From positions 1 through 40,215 of IMG/VR virus record IMGVR_UViG_3300012231_000022: DNA of 40,215 bases; one strand, written 5' to 3'. The translations under genes and the position numbers were made by a program. This document shows positions 35,488 through 40,215 of the stretch, one piece after another. The notes under the pieces are model-generated. The model was not told where the DNA came from and made no database searches. It saw nothing but the letters and a program-made list of their open reading frames with translations. Source of the DNA: a virus (Duplodnaviria; Caudoviricetes). Numbering within the stretch: position 1 is the first letter of the stretch; each line of letters opens with the position of its first letter.

Positions 35488-36152
35488 GCGCCTTGATAGT
35501 CGATACTGAGACAACAGGTCTCGCCGATCCCGTGCGCCCCGTCGAGATTGCGTGGCTCAGGCTCTCGGGCCCCGTCGACCTCGAGCCCCTCGAGTCGTTC
35601 TCCCAGCGCTACGACCCCGACAAGGCGATCGAGTACGGGGCGCTGGCGACCCACCACATCACAGCCGCCGACCTCGTGGGCAAGCCGCTCTGGGACACGT
35701 TCCGCCTGCCGAAGGGCACCGAGTACCTGATCGGGCATAACGTCGACTTTGATTGGCGCGTGCTCGGCGAGCCTCCGGTCAAGCGCATCTGTACGCTCGC
35801 GCTGGCCCGCTCGCTGTGGCCGACACTGGACAGTCACACCCAAGGGGCGCTGCTCTATCACTGCGCGCCGGATGTCGCGAAAGAAGCGCTCCGTGGTGCC
35901 CATGCGGCGGATGCTGACTGCTGGTGCTGCCGGCGCATTCTCGCCGCGCTCATCCGAGATCTGGGCGGTATCGAGTCGTGGGAGGCGCTCTGGAAGATCT
36001 CCGAGGCCGCCCGCGTGCCGACGGTCATGGCGGTGGGAAAACATAAGGGCACGCCCATTGCCGAGCTGCCGCGCGACTACGTCGCCTGGTTCCTCCGACA
36101 GCCCGACGTCGACCCGTACCTCCGCAAGGCCCTGGAAGGCGCGCGGCCATGA
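35484..36152 (+). CDS. DEDDh 3'-5' exonuclease, ExoX-like
   Basis: IVDTETTG, GHNVDFD, ICTLALAR, AHAADAD, C-terminal GKHKG..LPRDY. Confidence 0.88.
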   Translation: MSALIVDTETTGLADPVRPVEIAWLRLSGPVDLEPLESFSQRYDPDKAIEYGALATHHITAADLVGKPLWDTFRLPKGTEYLIGHNVDFDWRVLGEPPVKRICTLALARSLWPTLDSHTQGALLYHCAPDVAKEALRGAHAADADCWCCRRILAALIRDLGGIESWEALWKISEAARVPTVMAVGKHKGTPIAELPRDYVAWFLRQPDVDPYLRKALEGARP

Positions 36153-37105
36153 TGACCGTCGAGGACGTCTGCAAGGAGATCGTCACCCGGCGCGAGGCGG
36201 CCGTCAGCCGCCGCATCGAGGCGTACCCGCGCAACAATCCCGTCGCGTCGGATCTCGGGCCGTGCGCGCGCGAGATGACGCTCGCGATGACCCACTGGCA
36301 GGTCAAGCCGCCGCTGTCCGTCGAGCTGAAGGAGCGCTTCGACCGCGGCAACGCCATCGAGGACCTGGTGCTGAACGAGCTGGCCACCCTCGGCATCCGC
36401 GTCCGCGTCGACCGGAAGGCGTTCGAGATCAAGGACACGAAGGGGCGCGTGGTGCTCCGCGGACGGCTCGACGGCTTCGCCGAGTTCGACCGCCAGCAGT
36501 TCCCGATGGAGGTCAAGAGCGTCGACGCCAATGTGTTCCGGCGCATCGAGACGGCCGCGGACTTCGACCGCTTCCCGTGGGCGCGCAAGTGGCCGCGCCA
36601 GCTCCAGAGCTACTGCTACGCGGAGAATTTCGAGGCGGGGTTCTTCCTCCTCGACGACTGCATGGGCCACTGGAAGCTCGTCCCGGTCTACCTCGACTTC
36701 GAGGAGATGGAGCAGATCCTCCGGCGCTGCGAGGCGGCCGTCGAGCACCGCGACGCGGGCACGCTGCCCGACTTCATCGACGACGTCGGCGCGTGTAATC
36801 GGTGCTGGGCCCGCGGCCGCGTCTGCTTTCCCCCGCGGCTCGGCGCCGATGGCCTGCGCGTGCTCGACGATGCCGAGCTCGAGGCGCTGCTGGTGAGGCG
36901 CGAGGCGCTGCGCGAGGCGGCCCACGAGTACGAAGGGGTCGACAAGGCGGTCAAGGCCGCCGTGAAGGGCCGCACGGACCTGCTCGTGGGCGACTTCTTG
37001 GTGACCGGCAAGGAGATCACGCGGAAGAGCTACGTCGTGAAGGAGGGCAGCTACTGGAAGGCGGAGATCGAGCGGCTCACCCCGAAGGCTGATGCGGCGG
37101 CCTGA
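36149..37105 (+). CDS. Cas4-like PD-(D/E)XK nuclease
   Basis: ASDLGPC, GRLDG, EVKS, QLQSY, CNRCWARGRVC. Confidence 0.78.
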   Translation: MMTVEDVCKEIVTRREAAVSRRIEAYPRNNPVASDLGPCAREMTLAMTHWQVKPPLSVELKERFDRGNAIEDLVLNELATLGIRVRVDRKAFEIKDTKGRVVLRGRLDGFAEFDRQQFPMEVKSVDANVFRRIETAADFDRFPWARKWPRQLQSYCYAENFEAGFFLLDDCMGHWKLVPVYLDFEEMEQILRRCEAAVEHRDAGTLPDFIDDVGACNRCWARGRVCFPPRLGADGLRVLDDAELEALLVRREALREAAHEYEGVDKAVKAAVKGRTDLLVGDFLVTGKEITRKSYVVKEGSYWKAEIERLTPKADAAA

Positions 37106-37112
37106 TTCCTCA

Positions 37113-37895
37113 GTGCCGAACCGTGACATCCGGGAGTCCGCATTGACCAGTAAGACGCTCGCGAAGCTCTCTCACGGCGGGGAGCGGTTCTTCTGGCGGC
37201 TGACGCTCGTGGCCGACGACTTCGGGCGCTTCGAGGCCGAGGAGATGGTCCTGCTCGCCCGGTGCTACCCGGCGATGCTGGATCGCGTCAAAGTCAAGGA
37301 CGTTCGGGGCTGGCTGGGTGAGCTGGTGGCTGCAGCGCTGGTGAAGCTGTATCGAGTCGGCGAGAAAACCTTCGGGTTTTTCATGACTTGGGCCAAGCAT
37401 CAGCGTCAGCGAGCCAAGGAGTCGAAGTATCCCTCGCCGGCATCTGCCGACATCTGCCGGCAGCCGCTGACATATACCCCCGTAGTTACCGAAGACACCG
37501 TAGTACCCGAAGACACCGAAACCACCGTAGACACCGACCTACGTTCACAACCTCCTCGTGCCGAGGAGGCCGCGGATCGCTGGCAGACGGCCGCATGGCC
37601 GAGTCCCGAAGCCCTGGCCCACTTGTACAACAGCGAAGGCCCGGACAACCTGCCAGCGGTCGAGACGCTCTCCCTCAAGCGCAAGGAGGCGGCCCGGCGA
37701 CTGCTGCGCCAATTCCCCGCTCGGGACTGGTGGCTCGAGGTCTTCGCCGAATACAAGGCCAGCAAGTTCCTTCGAGGTCAGACGCCCCCTCGCGATGGGC
37801 ACGCGAGCTTCCGCGCGGACTTCGACTGGCTGCTGCAGACCGGCAAGAAGGGCACCGAGAACGCGGTCCGGGTCCATGACGGAGTCTATCGGTGA
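37113..37895 (+). CDS. Replication initiator (replisome organiser-like)
   Basis: PNRDIRES..LVADDFGRF N-terminus; SKFLRG..ADFDWLL..VHDGVY C-terminus. Confidence 0.78.
   Translation: MPNRDIRESALTSKTLAKLSHGGERFFWRLTLVADDFGRFEAEEMVLLARCYPAMLDRVKVKDVRGWLGELVAAALVKLYRVGEKTFGFFMTWAKHQRQRAKESKYPSPASADICRQPLTYTPVVTEDTVVPEDTETTVDTDLRSQPPRAEEAADRWQTAAWPSPEALAHLYNSEGPDNLPAVETLSLKRKEAARRLLRQFPARDWWLEVFAEYKASKFLRGQTPPRDGHASFRADFDWLLQTGKKGTENAVRVHDGVYR
37441..37540 (+). repeat. Iteron-like repeats, putative origin
   Basis: catctgccg x2; ccgtagt(ta/ac)ccgaagaca x2 (37480-37515) plus degenerate 9-mers. Confidence 0.6.
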
Positions 37896-38359
37896 CCCGG
37901 CGGCGGAAGGATCTCTTTCCGTCCCCGGCGGCCACTACGACCCCGTCCGGCCGCTCGCCGCGCACGCGCTGCCCGTACGACGGCGCCGAGCTCGACACCC
38001 GTGAGCTCTGCCCCGAGGGCCTGGGCTATCCGTACGGCACCCCGTGCCCGTTCGTGTGTCCAGTCTGCCGCAAGGCGCTCGAGTGGTCGGGCGCCTGCCA
38101 CACGTGCCACGGCCAGGAGCAGCGCGGCGACCCGCGATGCATGCCCGGCGATCGCTACGACCTCTTCGCCGACACCGGCAAGCCGATCGGCGACGGCCAG
38201 CACTGGACGCGCGTGGAGCGCGGGCCCATCGGCGCGGTGACGTTCGAGCAGGCGCAGGGCGTGACGCAGGCGCTCAAGCAATTCGCCGGGCACGAGCTCG
38301 AATCGATCGCTGCCGTGTTCGAGCACTTCCCGTCCCGGCCCAATGGAGACCCCCGATGA
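37892..38359 (+). CDS. Cys-rich protein downstream of the initiator
   Basis: CPYD..C..CPFVCPVC..CHTC. Confidence 0.55.
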   Translation: MTRRRKDLFPSPAATTTPSGRSPRTRCPYDGAELDTRELCPEGLGYPYGTPCPFVCPVCRKALEWSGACHTCHGQEQRGDPRCMPGDRYDLFADTGKPIGDGQHWTRVERGPIGAVTFEQAQGVTQALKQFAGHELESIAAVFEHFPSRPNGDPR

Positions 38360-38883
38360 TCTGCGCCCGCTGCCTCGTCCAGTTCCAGGCCGCGGCCGCC
38401 CATGCCGCGCACCTGATCGAGATCCACGGCGTGCCCGCGATGCTCGCCCTGCGCGAGGCGCGGATGCCGGCCGAGGCCCCACTCCCAACCCCCGCGCCGG
38501 CGGACCCACCGCCCGCGGACCCCACGACGACGGAGGAGCCCCCGATGCCAGGAAGCACAAAAGGCCAGACAGGCGCCACGTGGCGCTGCGGCACCTGCGG
38601 CAAGGTCGGTCATACGGCGCGCTCGTGCCCCAACCCGAAGGCCGCGACGACGGAGAAGCGCTGTGGCTACTGCCGGCGACTGAAGACCGATCACACCGCC
38701 ACGTGCCAGCGCGCGCAGGGCGCCACGAAGACGGCGACGGCCGCCAAGGCCACGAGCCCGCCCCCACCCACGAACGGCGCCGACCCGATCGCCACCATCC
38801 GTCAGGCCCTCGACCAGCTCGAGACCGAGCTGATCCGCGTGCGGGCGCTCAAGGTCGAGCTGGCGAAGGTGCTCGGGGGGTGA
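38356..38883 (+). CDS. Multi-zinc-finger protein (C2H2 + CCHC knuckle) with coiled-coil end
   Basis: CARC-x12-H-x4-H; CGTCGKVGHTARSC; CGYC..H..C. Confidence 0.6.
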   Translation: MICARCLVQFQAAAAHAAHLIEIHGVPAMLALREARMPAEAPLPTPAPADPPPADPTTTEEPPMPGSTKGQTGATWRCGTCGKVGHTARSCPNPKAATTEKRCGYCRRLKTDHTATCQRAQGATKTATAAKATSPPPPTNGADPIATIRQALDQLETELIRVRALKVELAKVLGG

Positions 38884-39083
38884 GCCTCGTCAAGCATCGC
38901 GTCGGCGACACGCTCGACCTGGCCGAGGTGCGCCAGCTCGCCGCGCGCGTCAGCCTGGCCCGCGCTGCGGAGTTCCTCGGCGTGCACTTCGACACCCTGG
39001 CGCGCATCGCCGACCGCGAGCGCATCACGTTCCAGCGCGTGAACCACTACGGCCACGGCAACGGGAGAGACCATGCCAAGTAA
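38880..39083 (+). CDS. Small HTH protein
   Basis: SLARAAEFLGVHFDTLAR. Confidence 0.6.
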   Translation: MSLVKHRVGDTLDLAEVRQLAARVSLARAAEFLGVHFDTLARIADRERITFQRVNHYGHGNGRDHAK

Positions 39084-39321
39084 GAACGCCAAGCAGCTCC
39101 CCCTCGTGGACGCCCCCCCCCGACCGAAGGTCAAGCGCCGCGACAAGGACGCGTGGCCCGCCTGGCGGGCGACGACGCGCTGCCTCGACTGCCCCTTCAC
39201 GCGCGTGGGCGTCGTGCAGGCGCGGGATCAGACCGACGCTCGGACGTTCACCCGGGCCACGCTGCCGCCGCCGACGAAGGCGCACGCGCATCGCTACGTG
39301 ACCGCGGTGGGGCCAGCGTGA
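39073..39321 (+). CDS. Basic hypothetical protein
   Basis: GGGAG SD; CLDC..HAH. Confidence 0.5.
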   Translation: MPSKNAKQLPLVDAPPRPKVKRRDKDAWPAWRATTRCLDCPFTRVGVVQARDQTDARTFTRATLPPPTKAHAHRYVTAVGPA

Positions 39322-39740
39322 TCCTCGAGGTCTTCGTGCCGGGCAAGCTGACCAACCCGCTCAACGGCTCGCTCTCCCGCGCGCACTGGAGCCACAAGCA
39401 TCGATGGTCCACGGCTTGGAAGGCGGCCACATGGGTGGAGACTGCGAAGCTCTGGACCGGGCCAGGACCGACGCCGACGTGGACGCCCGAGCAGCCGAAG
39501 CGCGTCACGTTCATGGCGCACACGGCGCGGCTCTTCGACGAGACAGGGCTCCGCGCGGCCCTCAAGCCGGCGGAGGATGCGCTGATGGGCTGGCCGCAAG
39601 CGCACCCCACGCACTGGCGACTGATCCACTCCGACGCGCCCGACAGCGGGCACGTCTTCGTCTACGACCAGGTGATCGACCGCGCACAGCGCGGCGTCCG
39701 GATCACGATCGAGCCGCACCCGAAAGGAGCTACCGCATGA
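39318..39740 (+). CDS. RusA-like resolvase
   Basis: VPGKLTNPLN..LFDE..ALKPAEDAL..IHSD..GVRITI. Confidence 0.6.
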   Translation: MILEVFVPGKLTNPLNGSLSRAHWSHKHRWSTAWKAATWVETAKLWTGPGPTPTWTPEQPKRVTFMAHTARLFDETGLRAALKPAEDALMGWPQAHPTHWRLIHSDAPDSGHVFVYDQVIDRAQRGVRITIEPHPKGATA

Positions 39741-40215
39741 CCACCGCGACCCTCGGCTACCAGGTCCTGCCGCTCACGGACCTCCACGAGTCGACACGGA
39801 ATCCCCGGAAGCACTTCAACCCCGAAGCGCTCGCCGAGCTCGCGGCCAGCATCGCGGCGAAGGGCGTGCTGACGCCGCTCCTCGTGCGGCCCAACGCGGC
39901 CGGCTACGAGATCGCGGCCGGCCACCGGCGGTACCGGGCCGCCAAGCTCGCCGGCGTCGACCAGGTCCCCGCCATCGTCCGCGAGATGACCGACACGGAG
40001 CTCCTCGAGATCCTCACGATCGAGAACCTCCAGCGCGAGGACGTCCACCCCCTCGAGGAGGCCGAGGGCTACCGGCAGCTCCTCGACGCGGGCGGCTACG
40101 ACGTCGCCCGGATCGCCGAGCGCGTCGGCAAGTCCGTCAAGTACGTCTACGACCGCATGAAGCTGCTGTCCCTCACGAAGCCGGCCCAGTCGCTCTTCTT
40201 CGACGACAAGATCAC
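39737..40215 (+). CDS. parB: ParB-family protein, N-terminal CTPase and HTH (continues across the junction)
   Basis: NPRKHF..LAASI..GVLTPLLVRP..IAAGHRRYRAA..IENLQREDVHPLEEAEGY..IAERVGKS. Confidence 0.9.
   Translation, partial: MTTATLGYQVLPLTDLHESTRNPRKHFNPEALAELAASIAAKGVLTPLLVRPNAAGYEIAAGHRRYRAAKLAGVDQVPAIVREMTDTELLEILTIENLQREDVHPLEEAEGYRQLLDAGGYDVARIAERVGKSVKYVYDRMKLLSLTKPAQSLFFDDKI
40093..40215 (+). repeat. Terminal direct repeat copy 2
   Basis: Identical to 1-123. Confidence 0.97.

Larger units (their letters stand above)
1..40215. mobile_element. Complete temperate podovirus-like phage genome (circular permutation)
   Basis: Terminal 123-bp exact repeat; packaging, head, tail, integration, immunity and replication modules all present; intact attP is internal. 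Confidence 0.93.

Noticed and set aside
36149-37105. CRISPR-Cas system suggested by the Cas4-like gene
   Set aside because: No repeat-spacer array or other cas genes were seen
4300-37105. Many proteins end in -AA (portal, scaffold, Cas4-like, HNH2), resembling ClpXP degrons
   Set aside because: Largely explained by high GC and overlapping SD/stop sequences such as ggaggccgcctga; enrichment cannot be shown by eye

Overview
Apparently complete, circularly permuted genome of a GC-rich temperate tailed phage. Bases 1-123 are identical to 40093-40215, giving a unique length of 40,092 bp. The virion module is podovirus-like, in BPP-1/T7-type order: TerS/TerL, portal, scaffold, major capsid, decoration/fibre genes, tail tubular A/B, three ejection (internal virion) proteins and a beta-helix tailspike. 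After it come a block of membrane/exported proteins with no recognisable endolysin, an acyltransferase-3 moron, an attP core matching the 3' half of tRNA-Thr(CGT), a tyrosine integrase and a cI/cro switch. The early/replication region has Xis-like and Fis-like HTH proteins, two HNH nucleases, a recombination module with ExoX-like and Cas4-like nucleases, an initiator with iterons, a zinc-finger protein, a RusA-like protein and a ParB that spans the contig junction. The best novelty candidates are: a structured leader before the capsid gene with mutually exclusive SD-sequestering folds; two GNAT-like genes and a sulfotransferase beside ejection-protein genes; a small helical-hairpin protein that may be an anti-defence sponge; a signal-peptide fibre protein where the lysis cassette is expected; and an unusual TerS/TerL overlap. 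All product calls come from motif recognition and synteny by eye; no database searches were run.
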